Below, in pieces: positions 15,001-29,799 of a stretch of 64,000 nucleotides of DNA; position 1 is the first letter of the stretch; each line of letters starts with the position of its first letter. The notes beneath the pieces were generated by a model, which was not told where the DNA came from, made no database searches, and saw nothing but the letters and a program-made list of their open reading frames with translations. A program made the translations under genes and the position numbers. The DNA comes from Eledone cirrhosa. Its lineage: Eukaryota. Where the stretch lies: contig OZ024740.1 of assembly GCA_964016885.1 (NCBI GenBank), positions 15,810,001 to 15,874,000 on the forward strand, in the 5' to 3' direction.

Positions 15001-18000
15001 AATGTTTAATATATGATACAGGTGCTACATGTGGTCTCTTGTAATAATGTTTAATATATGATACTGGTGCTACATGTGGTCTCTAGTAATAATGTTTAAT
15101 GTATGATACAGGTGTTACATGCGGTCTCTAGTAATAATGTTTAATATAAGATACAGGTGCTACATGTGGTCCCTAGTATTAATGTGTCATATTTACTTAA
15201 GTTATGCTACATGTTGTCCCTAGTAATGATGTTTAATGTATGATACATGTGCTACATGTTGTCTCTAGTAATAATGTTTAATATATGATACAGGTGCAGC
15301 ATGTGGTCTCTAGTAATAATGTTTAATATATGATACAGGTGCTACATGTGGTCTCTAGTAATAATGTTTAATGTATGATACAGGTGTTACATGTGGTCTC
15401 TAGTAATAATGTTTAATATATGATACTGGTGCTACATGTGGTCTCTAGTAATAATGTTTAATATATGATACAGGTGTTACATGTGGTCTCTAGTAATAAT
15501 GTTTAATATATGATACAGGTGCTACATGTGGTCTTTAGTAATAATGTTTAATGTATGATACAGGTGCAGCATGTGGTCTCTAGTAATAATGTTTAATATA
15601 TGATACAGGTGCAGCATGTGGTCTCTAGTAATAATGTTTAATATATGATACAGGTGTTACAAGTGGTCCCTGGTAATAATGTTTAATGTATGATACAGGT
15701 GTTACATGTTGTCTCTAGTAATAATGTTTAATGTATGATACAGGTGCTACATGTGGTCTCTAGTAATACTGTTTAATATATGATACAGGTGTTACATGTG
15801 GTCTCTAGTAATAATGTTTAATGTATGATACAGGTGTTACATGTGGTCCTTAGTAATAATGTTTAATGTATGATAGAGGTGCTACATGTGGTCTCTAGTA
15901 ATACTGTTTAATATATGATACAGGTGTTACATGTGGTCTCTACTAATAATGTTTAATATATGATTTAGATGCAGCATGTGGTCTCTAGTCATAATGTTTA
16001 ATATATGATACAGGTGCAGCATGTGGTCTCTAGTAATAATGTTTAATATATGATACAGGTGTTACATGTGGTCTCTAGTAATAATGTTTAATATATGATA
16101 CAGGTGTTACATGTAGTCTCGAGTAATAAAGTTTAATGTATGATACAGGTGTTACATGTGGTCTCTAGTAATAATGTTTAATATATGATACAGGTGCAGC
16201 ATGTGGTCTCTAGTAATAATGTTTAATATATGATACAGGTGTTACATGTGGTCTCAAGTAATAATGTTTAATATATGATACAGGTGCAGCATGTGGTCTC
16301 TAGTAATAATGTTTAGTATATGATACAGGTGCAGCATCTGGTCTCTAGTAATAATATTTAATATATGATACAGGTGTTACATGTGGTCTCTAGTAATAAT
16401 GTTTAATATATGATACAGGTGTTACATGTGGTCTCTAGTAATAAATTTAATGTATGATACAGGTGTTACATGTGGTCTCTAGTAATAATGTTTAATATAT
16501 GATACAGGTGCAGCATGTGGTCTCTAGTAATAATGTTTAATATATGATACAGGTGTTACATGTGGTCTCTTGTAATAATGTTTAATATATGATACAGGTG
16601 CTACATGTGGTATCTAGTAATAATGTTTAATACATGATACAGATGCTACATGTGGTCTCTAGTAATAATGTTTAATATATGATACAGGTGCAGCATGTGG
16701 TCCCTAGTAATAATGTTTAATATATGATACAGGTGTTACATGTGGTCTCTAGTAATAATGTTTAATATATGATACAGGTGTTACATGTGGTATCTAGTAA
16801 TAATGTTTAATATATGATACAGGTGTTACATGTGGTCTCTAGTAATAATGTTTAATATATGATACAGGTGTTACATGTGGTCTCTAGTAATAATGTTTAA
16901 TATATGATACAGGTGCTACATGTGGTTTCTAGTAATAATGTTTAATGTATGATACAGGTGTTACATGTGGTCGCTAGTAATAATGTTTAATGAATTATAC
17001 AGGTGTTACATGCGGTCTCTAGTAATAATGTGTAATATTTACTTAAGTTATGCTACATGTTGTCCCTAGTAATAATGTTTAATATATGATACAGGTGCAG
17101 CATGTGGTTTCTAGTCATAATGTTTAATATATGATACAGGTGTTACATGTGGTCTCTAGTAATAATGTTTAATATATGATACAGGTGCAGCATGTGGTCT
17201 CTAGTAATAATGTTTAATATATGATACAGGTGCAGCATGTGGTCTCTAGTAATAATGTTTAATATTTGATACAGGTGCTACATGTGGTTTCTAGTAATAA
17301 TGTTTAATGTATGATACAGGTGTTACATGTGGTCGCTAGTAATAATGTTTAATGAATTATACAGGTGTTACATGCGGTCTCTAGTAATAATGTGTAATAT
17401 TTACTTAAGTTATGCTACATGTTGTCCCTAGTAATAATGTTTAATATATGATACAGGTGCAGCATGTGGTTTCTAGTCATAATGTTTAATATATGATACA
17501 GGTGTTACATGCGGTCTCTAGTAATAATTTTTCATATATGATACAGGTGTTACATGTGGTCTCTAGTAATAATGTTTAATGTATGATACAGGTGTTACAT
17601 GTTGTCTCTAGTAATAATGTTTATTATATGATACAGGTGCAGCATGTGGTCTCTAGTAATAATGTTTAATATATGATACAGGTGCAGCATGCGGTCTCTA
17701 GTAATAATGTTTAATGTATGATACAGGTGTTACATGTTGTCTCTTGTAATAATGTTTAATATATGATACAGGTGTTACATGTGGTCTCTAGTAATAATGT
17801 TTAATATATGATACAGGTGCTACATGTGGTATCTAGTAATAATGTTTAATATATGATACAGGTGCTACATGTGGTCTCTAGTAATAATGTTTAATATATG
17901 ATACAGGTGTTACATGTGGTCTCTAGTAATAATGTTTAATGTATGATACAGGTGCTACATGTGGTCTCTAATAATAATGTTTAATATATGATACAGGTGC

Positions 18001-21000
18001 AGCATGTGGTCTCTAGTAATAATGTTTAATATATGATACAGGTGTTACATGTGGTATCTAGTAATAATGTTTAATATATGATACAGGTGCAGCATGTGGT
18101 CTCTAGTAATAATGTTAAATATATGATACAGGTGCTACATGTGGTCTCTAGTAATAATGTTTAATATATGATACAGGTGCTACATGTGGTCTCTAGTAAT
18201 AATGTTTAATATATCATACTGGTGCTACATGTGGTCTCTAGTAATAATGTTTAATGTATGATACAGGTGTTACATGCGGTCTCTAGTAATAATGTTTAAT
18301 ATAAGATACAGGTGCTACATGTGGACCCTAGTATTAATGTGTAATATTTACTTAAGTTATGCTACATGTTGTCCCTAGTAATGATGTTTAATGTATGATA
18401 CATGTGCTACATGTTGTCTCTAGTAATAATGTTTAATATATGATACAGGTGCAGCATGTGGTCTCTAGTAATAATGTTTAATATATGATACAGGTGCTAC
18501 ATGTGGTCTCTAGTAATAATGTTTAATATATGATACAGGTGCTACATGTGGTCTCTAATAATAATGTTTATTGTATGATACAGGTGTTACATATGGTCTC
18601 TAGTAATAATGTTTAATGTATGATACAGGTGTTACATGTGGTCTCTAGTAATAATGTTTAATATATGATACTGGTGCTACATGTGGTCTCTAGTAATAAT
18701 GTTTAATATATGATACAGGTGTTACATGTGGTCTCTAGTAATAATGTTTAATATATGATACAGGTGCTACATGTGGTCTTTAGTAATAATGTTTAATGTA
18801 TGATACAGGTGCAGCATGCGGTCTCTAGTAATAATGTTTAATATATGATACAGGTGCAGCATGTGGTCTCTAGTAATAATGTTTAATATATGATACAGGT
18901 GTTACAAGTGGTCTCTAGTAATAATGTTTAATGTATGATACAGGTGTTACATGTGGTCCCTAGTAATAATGTTTAATGTATGATAGAGGTGCTACATGTG
19001 GTCTCTAGTAATACTGTTTAATATATGATACAGGTGTTACATGTGGTCTCTACTAATAATGTTTAATATATGATTTAGATGCAGCATGTGGTCTCTAGTA
19101 ATAATGTTTCATATATGATACAGGTGCTACATGTGGTCTCTAGTAATAATGTTTAATATATGATACAGGTGCAGCATGTGGTCCCTAGCAATAATGTTTA
19201 ATATATGATACAGGTGTTACATGTGGTCTCTAGTAATAATGTTTAATATATGATACAGGTGTTACATGTGGTCTCTAGTAATAATGTTTAATATATGATA
19301 CAGGTGCTACATGTGGTCTCTAGTAATAATGTTTAATGTATGATACAGGTGTTACAGGTGGACTCTAGTAATAATGTTTAATATATGATACAGGTGTTAC
19401 ATGTGGTCTCTAGTAATAATGTTTAATATATGATACAGGTGTTACATGTGGTCTCTAGTAATAATGTTTAATATATGATACAGGTGCAGCATATGCTCTC
19501 TAGTAATAATGTTTAATGCATGATACAGGTGTTACATGTGGTCTCTAGTAATAATGTTTAATATATGATACAGGTGCAGCATATGCTCTCTAGTAATAAT
19601 GTTTAATATATGATACAGGTGCAGCATGTGGTCCCTAGTAATAATGTTTAATATATGATACAGGTGTTACATGTGGTCTCTAGTAATAATGTTTAATATA
19701 TGATACAGGTGTTACATGTGGTCTCTAGTAATAATGTTTAATATATGATACAGGTGCTACATGTGGTCTCTAGTAATAATGTTTAATGTATGATACAGGT
19801 GTTACATGTGGTCGCTAGTAATAATGTTTAATGTATGATACAGGTGTTACATGCGGTCTCTAGTAATAATGTGTAATATTTACTTAAGTTATGCTACATG
19901 TTGTCCCTAGTAATAATGTTTAATATATGATACAGGTACAGCATGTGGTCTCTAGTAATAATGTTTAATATATGATACAGGTGCAGCATGTAGTCTCTAG
20001 TAATAATGTTTAATATATGATACAGGTGCTACATGTGGTCTCTAGTAATAATGTTTAATGTATGATACAGGTGTTACATGTGGTCTCTAGTAATAATGTT
20101 TAATATATGATACAGGTGCTACATGTGGTCCCTAGTAATAATGTGTAATATTTACTTAAGTTATGCTACATGTTGTCCCTAGTAATAATGTTTAATATAT
20201 GATACAGGTGCAGCATGTGGTCTCTAGTTATAATGTTTAATATATGATACAGGTGTTACATGTGGTCTCTAATAATAATGTTTAATATATGATACAGGTG
20301 TTACATGTGGTCTCTAGTAATAATGTTTAATATATGATACAGGTGCTACATGTGGTCTTTAGTAATAATGTTTAATGTATGATACAGGTGCAGCATGTGG
20401 TCTCTAGTAATAATGTTTAATATATGATACAGGTGCAGCATGTGGTCTCTAGTAATAATGTTCAATATATGATACAGGTGTTACAAGTGGTCCCTGGTAA
20501 TAATGTTTAATGTATGATACAGGTGTTACATGTTGTCTCTAGTAATAATGTTTAATATATGATACAGGTGTTACATGTTGTCTCTAGTAATAATGTTTAA
20601 TGTATGATACAGGTGCTACATGTGGTCTCTAGTAATACTGTTTAATATATGATACAGGTGTTACATGTGGTCTCTAGTAATAATGTTTAATGTATGATAC
20701 AGGTGTTACATGTGGTCCCTAGTAATAATGTTTAATGTATGATACAGGTGCTGCATGTGGTCTCTAGTAATACTGTTTAATATATGATACAGGTGTTACA
20801 TGTGGTCTCTACTAATAATGTTTAATATATGATACAGGTGCAGCATGTGGTCTCTAGTCATAATGTTTAATATATGATACAGGTGTTACATGTGTTCTAT
20901 AGTAATAATGTTTAATATATGATACAGGTGCAGCATGTGGTCTCTAGTAATAATGTTTAATATATGATACAGGTGTTACATGTGGTCTCTAGTCATAATG

Positions 21001-23567
21001 TTTAATATATGATACAGGTGTTATATGTGGTCTCTAGTAATAATGTTTAATATATGATACAGGTGCAGCATGTGGTCTCTAGTAATAATGTTTAATATAT
21101 GATACAGGTGTTACATGTGGTCTCAAGTAATAATGTTTAATATATGATACAGGTGCAGCATGTGGTCTCTAGTAATAATGTTTAATATATGATACCGGTG
21201 CAGCATCTGGTCTCTAGTAATAATGTTTAATATATGATACAGGTGTTACATGTGGTCTCTAGTAATAATGTTTAATATATGATACAGGTGTTACATGTGG
21301 TCTCTAGTAAGAAAGTTTAATGTATGATACAGGTGTTACATATGGTCACTAGTAATAATATTTAATATATGATACAGGTGCAGCATGTGGTCCCTAGTAA
21401 TAATGTTTAATATATGATACAGGTGTTACATGTGGTCTCTAGTAATAATGTTTAATATATGATACAGGTGCTACATGTGGTCTCTAGTAATAATGTTTAA
21501 TGTATGATACAGGTGTTACAGGTGGTCTCTAGTAATAATGTTTAATATATGATACAGGTGTTACATGTGGTCTCTAGTAATAATGTTTAATATATGATAC
21601 AGGTGTTACATGTGGTCTCTAGTAATAATGTTTAATATATGATACAGGTGCAGCATATGCTCTCTAGTAATAATGTTTAATGCATGATAGAGGTGTTACA
21701 TGTGGTCTCTAGTAATAATGTTTAATATATGATACAGGTGCAGCATATGCTCTCTAGTAATAATGTTTAATATATGATACAAGTGCAGCATGTGGTCCCT
21801 AGTAATAATGTTTAATATATGATACAGGTGTTACATGTGGTCTCTAGTAATAATGTTTAATATATGATACAGGTGTTACATGTGGTCTCTATTAATAATG
21901 TTTAATATATGATACAGGTGCTACATGTGGTCTCTAGTAATAATGTTTAATGTATGATACAGGTGTTACATGTGGTCGCTAGTAATAATGTTTAATGTAT
22001 GATACAGGTGTTACATGCGGTCTCTAGTAATAATGTGTAATATTTACTTAAGTTATGCTACATGTTGTCCCTAGTAATAATGTTTAATATATGATACAGG
22101 TACAGCATGTGGTCTCTAGTCATAATGTTTAATATATGATACAGGTGTTACATGTGGTCTCTAGTAATAATGTTTAATATATGATACAGGTGCAGCATGT
22201 GGTCTCTAGTAATAATGTTTAATATATGATACAGGTGCAGCATGTGTTCTCTAGTAATAATGTTTAATATATGATACAGGTGCTACATGTGGTCTCTAGT
22301 AATAATGTTTAATGTATGATACAGGTGTTACATGTGGTCTCTAGTAATAATGTTTAATATATGATACAGGTGCTACATGTGGTCCCTAGTAATAATGTGT
22401 AATATTTACTTAAGTTATGCTACATGTTGTCCCTAGTAATAATGTTTAATATATGATACAGGTGCAGCATGTGGTCTCTAGTCATAATGTTTAATATATG
22501 ATACAGGTGTTACATGTGGTCTCTAGTAATAATGTTTAATATATGATACAGGTGCAGCATGTGGTCTCTAGTAATAATGTATAATATATGATACGGGTGT
22601 TACATGTGGTCTCTAGTAATAATGTTTAATATATGATACAGGTGTTACATGTGGTCTCTAGTAATAATGTTTAATGTATGATACAGTGTTACATGTGGTC
22701 TCTAGTAATAATGTTTAATATTTGATACAGGTGCAGCATGTGGTCTCTAGTAATAATGTTTAATATATGATACAGGTGTTACATGTGGTCTCAAGTAATA
22801 ATGTTTAATATATGATACAGGTGCAGCATGTGGTCTCTAGTAATAATGTTTAATATATGATACAGGTGCAGCATGTGGTCTCTAGTAATAATGTTTAATA
22901 TATGATACAGGTGCAGCATGTGGTCTCTAGTAATAATGTTTAATATATGATACAGGTGCAGCATGTGGTCTCTAGTAATAATGTTTAATGTATGATACAG
23001 GTGTTACATGTTGTCTCTTGTAATAATGTTTAATATATGATACAGGTGTTACATGTGGTCTCTAGTAATAATGTTTAATATATGATACAGGTGCTACATG
23101 TGGTATCTAGTAATAATGTTTAATATATGATACAGGTGCTACATGTGGTCTCTAGTAATAATGTTTAATATATGATACAGGTGTTACATGTGGTCTCTAG
23201 TAATAATGTTTAATGTATGATACAGGTGCTACATGTGGTCTCTAGTAATAATGTTTAATATATGATACAGGTGCAGCATGTGGTCTCTAGTAATAATGTT
23301 TAATATATGATACAGGTGTTACATGTGGTATCTAGTAATAATGTTTAATATATGATACAGGAGCAGCATGTGGTCTCTAGTAATAATGTTAAATATATGA
23401 TACAGGTGCTACATGTGGTCTCTAATAATATTGTTTAATATATGATACAGGTGCTACATGTGGTCCCTAGTAATAATGTTTAATATGTGATACAGGTGCT
23501 ACATGTGGTATCTAGTAATAATGTTTAATATATGATACAGGTGCTACATGTCGTCTCTAGTAATAAT
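1..23567. repeat. 45-bp tandem satellite array, ~520 monomers, continues beyond left edge
   Basis: Consensus TTAATATATGATACAGGTG(TT/CT/CA)(A/G)CATGTGGTCTCTAGTAATAATGT repeats with 45-nt period throughout; occasional 47-bp variant monomer GTAATATTTACTTAAGTTATGCTACATGTTGTCCCTAGTAATAATGT; no ORFs in the track. Confidence 0.99.
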
Positions 23568-23746
23568 TGTTTCTACTTTTGGCACTAGGCCAGCAATTAC
23601 CCAGTACATTACTGGTACTATATTTTATCGACCCCGTAAGGATGAAAGGCAAAGTTAACCTCGGCGGGATTTGAACTCAGAATGGCAAGTCCATAACTCT
23701 ATGCTGGACAGCATGGCGTCCAACCCTCTACCGATACTGCCAATCC
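23564..23746 (-). mobile_element. tRNA-derived SINE (short-tail family), full length, inserted near satellite edge
   Basis: Minus strand has A box TGGCAGTATCGG, B box GAGTTCAAATCCC, central CCTTTCATCCTTACGGGGTCGATAAAA..AGTACCAG domain and tail CCAAAAGTAGAAACAATT; similar copies at 53524-53661 and 63311-63495. Confidence 0.9.
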
Positions 23747-23855
23747 AATATATGATGCAGGTGCTACACGTGGTCCCTAGTAATAATGTTTAATATTAAC
23801 TTAAGTTACGCTACAGGTGGTCCCCAGCAATAATGTTTAATATTAAGTTAAGTTC
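23747..23855. repeat. Degenerate terminal satellite monomers beyond the SINE
   Basis: ATATATGATGCAGGTGCTACACGTGGTCCCTAG followed by TAATATTAACTTAAGTTACGCTACAGGTGGTCCCCAG, resembling the 47-bp variant monomer. Confidence 0.85.
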
Positions 23856-24402
23856 TATTTTGGTATAATTTAGTTTTCTATTTAATTTTATCAAGTCTAA
23901 TGTTAAAATTTGAATGTGAATTTTACTATATAGTGTGTAGTGTTTTCTGGGTGGGGCTTATGTTGTGAAGATTTAGCGGACTTAGTTTCATTTGTTTAAG
24001 TTAAGTGCTAATTTCTAATTGGTTGTTTTCTTTACTAATTTATGGAGTGGTTAATTTAGTTTTGGTTATTTTTTTTTTTAGTTCTTATTTCTTGAAGGAT
24101 AGTTGGTTGATTGAATCAATTTCGTTTGGATAGCCTGGTTGACAGCCATTAAGTTTGATTGTGTGTTTATTAGTCTGTTTCTTAATATGATTAACTACAC
24201 TACTTAATATATAATGCTAATTTATCACGTAGCCACCACTCGACAGAATCCGGGCGTTAATTGCGACAGTAGCCTGACGAAGTTCGTCCACTTAGTGACG
24301 TATAGTGAGATGGTATAAATTTTAATTTTCTTATTTTATTGTCTTCTTTGGTGTGTTATAATCTTGGTTTACATTTATTACTTGGTTCATAAATCTAAAT
24401 AA

Positions 24403-24656
24403 GGCGTTGGAATGTCGGAGAGAATGTTTTGCGGGATTTGTTACGGATTATTGCTCTCTCAGTACAATCCCGCCGAGGTCAATTTTGCTTTCCATTCTTT
24501 AGAGTATGAAATAAAAAAAAACAGTACCTGTCTGGTACTGGGGTTGATTGTTCCTCGATATATATTTCTCACTTCCATTCTCGCACTGTCTATCCTTCCC
24601 TGGAAGAAATCTGCTGTATTCAGACTTGGAGAGGGATGAGCTCCAACAGTGAGACG
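24403..24656 (+). mobile_element. Degenerate tRNA-derived SINE (long-tail relative)
   Basis: GGCGTTGG head, AATCCCGCCGAGGTCAATTTTGCTTTCCAT core, tail GGAAGAAATCTGCTGTATTCAGACTTGGAGAGGGATG shared (reverse complement) with 63071-63294. Confidence 0.7.
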
Positions 24657-24879
24657 TATATATATGTATATACATATATATATATATATTGGACAGTAAA
24701 TGACTTATGGAGCCGCAGAAACCTAAATACTGGATTTTACCATCTCTCCAGGGGTCCGGGTAAATTTTCAACCATATATATTTTTATATATTTTTATATT
24801 TGTATATCTGTTTGACACGAATTAGGCGGTCGATTTTTCGCTGTGCGGATGATTAGTTTAACCACCATCTCAGTGTGTT

Positions 24880-25000
24880 TGGCCTTTAACGTAAGTTGTA
24901 AGCTCTAATTCATATGAATTATCGAGCGCTTGCCGCACAACTCGGAAGTGTTTTTCGTCAATTCCTGAGCTGAAGTTCGATTCTCGCTAATTTTTACTTG
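24880..25000. repeat. Diverged dispersed repeat, reverse-complement homolog of ~61500-61620
   Basis: AGCTCTAATT..TGAATTAT.GAGC..TGCCGC..CTCG matches the reverse complement of CGAG..GCGGCAGAGGGCTCTATAATTCAAATAAATTAGAGCT. Confidence 0.55.
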
Positions 25001-25596
<596 letters not shown>

Positions 25597-25975
25597 TTAC
25601 GTGGTTTTGTCTTTGCGGGCAATTGTTCTCCACGCTCCACATATGACGTACTATCTTCGTTTTTTTCGTTCATTGCCAGAGAACGTCTCTATGAACCACC
25701 TAAGAGAACATTAGTCTACGACCTCTTTTATACCGTAAACGTGGTTCTGTCTTTGCGTGTAATTGTTTGTCACCACTCCTATTAATGACGTATTATATTC
25801 TTTTTTCCCGTTCTTTGCCAGGGAACGTTTCCACGAACCAAAGTATCGTCTTCCTGTCTTCCTCCGGTTGCAACGGTTTTTGAAATATCAGACGTTTACA
25901 GACTGACTTTGTTAGTTTCAGAAGATCCCGTTAAGGGTGAAAGCAGCGATTCTTTGCTTAAACTTTAATCTGTTA

Positions 25976-26732
<757 letters not shown>

Positions 26733-26736
<4 letters not shown>

Positions 26737-26943
26737 TTTTGAGTTTATGTTGGTTGTATACCAACACCTCAGTATGCAGGCTGGAGCACTCAACGAAGTG
26801 CGCAGGTTGGTTTGGTTACTCCGGAGTAGTGTAAAATAAAGTTAAATAAAAGTCAAATGATTAAAATTTAGCTTCGTTTAAAATATAGCAGTAATAAACG
26901 AAGCTAAATTTTAAATTTTAATCATTTGACTTTTATTTAACTT

Positions 26944-26950
<7 letters not shown>
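26733..26950. mobile_element. Fold-back PLE-terminus element, family A (short copy, HHR lost at the fold)
   Basis: Asymmetric inverted repeat (TAAAATAAAG..TTTAGCTTCGTTTA / TAAACGAAGCTAAA..CTTTATTTTA) between (TA)n tracts; same sequence as 28184-28626. Confidence 0.75.
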
Positions 26951-27029
<79 letters not shown>

Positions 27030-27031
<2 letters not shown>

Positions 27032-27580
27032 TATATTCCGGGTTGAATCGGAGGTAACCACAGTAAGTAAGGTACTCAATACATAGCAGAGTATAAAAGT
27101 TATAATATAGATGAGATTCTACAGGACTTGAAGTGTTTCATTCTTTAGAAATCATCAGGAATCTGGGTATCCAAAAATAAAAGTGGTATATATAGGTCTT
27201 TTCAGGTGGTAGGAGAGGTTGGGGAGTGGGATGGGTAGAGGTCATTGGTTGATAGAAAAGGGAATTCATTAAAAGCTAATTCTTTAAAGCTATAATTTAT
27301 ATTTAGAGTGACAAAGGCAGAAAGAATTCTATAAACAAGTTTAGATTGGGGTGCCACTCCATATATTTAAGTTTCTCTTAAGCTAACAAAGCCTATATTT
27401 CAGGTGTCTATAAGATCATTGGGGGTCGGTCATGGTTGAAGGATTTAAAGAAAAGGGAATTTTTTTAAAAGCTAATTCTTTAAAGTTCTACTAAAAGAAT
27501 TCTATAGACCAGTTCAACATATTGGGTGCCTATCATATCATTATCTTCAAATTTCTCTTAAGCTATATTCCAGGTGTTAA
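27030..27580 (-). mobile_element. PLE pseudo-LTR / 3' region, family B, carrying an HHR
   Basis: Contains HHR at 27114-27164; 27427-27493 is the reverse complement of 33178-33250, which abuts the PLE ORF fragment; left part near identical to 34186-34296. Confidence 0.7.
27114..27164 (-). ncRNA. Type I hammerhead ribozyme (family B)
   Basis: Minus: AGATTC-CTGATGA-TTTC TAAA GAAT-GAAAC ACTTCAAGTCCT GTA^GAATCT; stem I AGATTC/GAATCT. Confidence 0.8.
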
Positions 27581-27651
27581 AAGACACATTCACAAACACA
27601 CACACACGCGCGCGCGCACCCACACACACACGCACATATATATATATATAC

Positions 27652-27690
<39 letters not shown>

Positions 27691-27895
27691 TATACATATA
27701 CATATACACATGTATATATATATATACACACACACATATATATATATACACACATATATATATATACATATACACATATATATATATATACATATACACA
27801 CATATATATATATATATACATATACATACATATACACATATACATACATACACACATATATATATATACTTATACACATACATACATACATACAC

Positions 27896-27942
<47 letters not shown>

Positions 27943-28059
27943 TATACACATATACACATATACATACATATATGTATACACATATACACATACATACATA
28001 TATACACATATACACACATATATATACAAATATATATATATATATACATACACACACAT

Positions 28060-28111
<52 letters not shown>

Positions 28112-28121
28112 GCACACACAT

Positions 28122-28189
<68 letters not shown>

Positions 28190-28234
28190 AAGTAAAATAA
28201 AAAGTCAAATGTTTAAAATTTAGCTTCGTTTATT

Positions 28235-28291
28235 ACTGCTATATATAAATTTCGGTGACAGCCATCTTTGGTTGTGACCTCTTCAGGCAGT
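28235..28291 (-). ncRNA. Type I hammerhead ribozyme (family A, left arm)
   Basis: Reverse-complement counterpart of 28423-28479: ACTGC CTGAAGA GGTCACAACCAAAGATGGCTGTCACC GAAA TTTATATATA GCAGT. Confidence 0.8.
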
Positions 28292-28422
28292 CCGAATTAG
28301 TGTGGTATAGACAAGTACATATATTGCTGAGGTGTATAGTTTTGTCAATAATTTTGTCAATAATATTGACAAAATTATACACCTCAACAACATATGTACT
28401 TGTCTATACCACACTAATTCGG

Positions 28423-28479
28423 ACTGCCTGAAGAGGTCACAGCCAAAGATGGCTGTCACCGAAATATATATATAGCAGT
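28423..28479 (+). ncRNA. Type I hammerhead ribozyme (family A, right arm)
   Basis: ACTGC-CTGAAGA-GGTCACAGCCA AAGA TGGCTGTCACC-GAAA-TATATAT ATA^GCAGT; stem I ACTGC/GCAGT, long stem II, palindromic AT-rich stem III. Confidence 0.88.
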
Positions 28480-28622
28480 AATAAACAAAGCTAAATTTTA
28501 AACATTTGACTTTTTATTTTACTTAATTTTACATTACTCCGGAGTAACCAAACCAACCTGCGCACTTCGTCGAGTGCTCCAGCCTGCATACTGAGGTGTT
28601 GGTATACAACCAACATATACTC

Positions 28623-28695
<73 letters not shown>

Positions 28696-28800
28696 ACATA
28701 TATATATATATTTACATATATATATACATATATACACATATACACATATATACACACATATACATATATGCATACACATATACACACATATATATGCATA

Positions 28801-28854
<54 letters not shown>

Positions 28855-28885
28855 TATATACACATACACACACATATACACATAT

Positions 28886-28954
<69 letters not shown>

Positions 28955-28965
28955 TACACACATAT

Positions 28966-29052
<87 letters not shown>

Positions 29053-29066
29053 TATACATACACATT

Positions 29067-29108
<42 letters not shown>

Positions 29109-29237
29109 CACATATATATACATATAAATATACATATATATACACATATATATACATATATATATATACATATATATAAATATACACATACACATACATA
29201 CACAAATACACATATACACACGTATATACACACACAC

Positions 29238-29268
<31 letters not shown>

Positions 29269-29283
29269 CACACACATACACAC

Positions 29284-29316
<33 letters not shown>

Positions 29317-29325
29317 CACATACAC

Positions 29326-29376
<51 letters not shown>

Positions 29377-29401
29377 CATATACATACAAATACGCACTCA
29401 C

Positions 29402-29448
<47 letters not shown>

Positions 29449-29472
29449 AATACACACACATATATATACATA

Positions 29473-29542
<70 letters not shown>

Positions 29543-29566
29543 AATACACACACATATATATACATA

Positions 29567-29638
<72 letters not shown>

Positions 29639-29723
29639 TATATACACATATATATATATATACACACACATATATACAAACACATACACGTACATATATA
29701 CACACACACATATACATATACAC

Positions 29724-29768
<45 letters not shown>

Positions 29769-29799
29769 CACATACATAGACACACACACATATATATAT

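Larger units (their letters stand above)
28184..28626. mobile_element. Fold-back PLE-terminus element, family A, with HHR on both arms
   Basis: Near-perfect inverted repeat ~28184-28350 vs ~28365-28532 plus a ~95-bp extension on the right arm; (TA)n on both sides. Confidence 0.85.

Noticed and set aside
1-23567. CRISPR-like array or coding repeat
   Set aside because: Monomers are contiguous with no unique spacers, there are no cas genes, the context is eukaryotic, and the track shows no ORFs here
24271-24305. CTGACGA followed by a small hairpin (possible HHR)
   Set aside because: No GAAA box or stem I partner could be found
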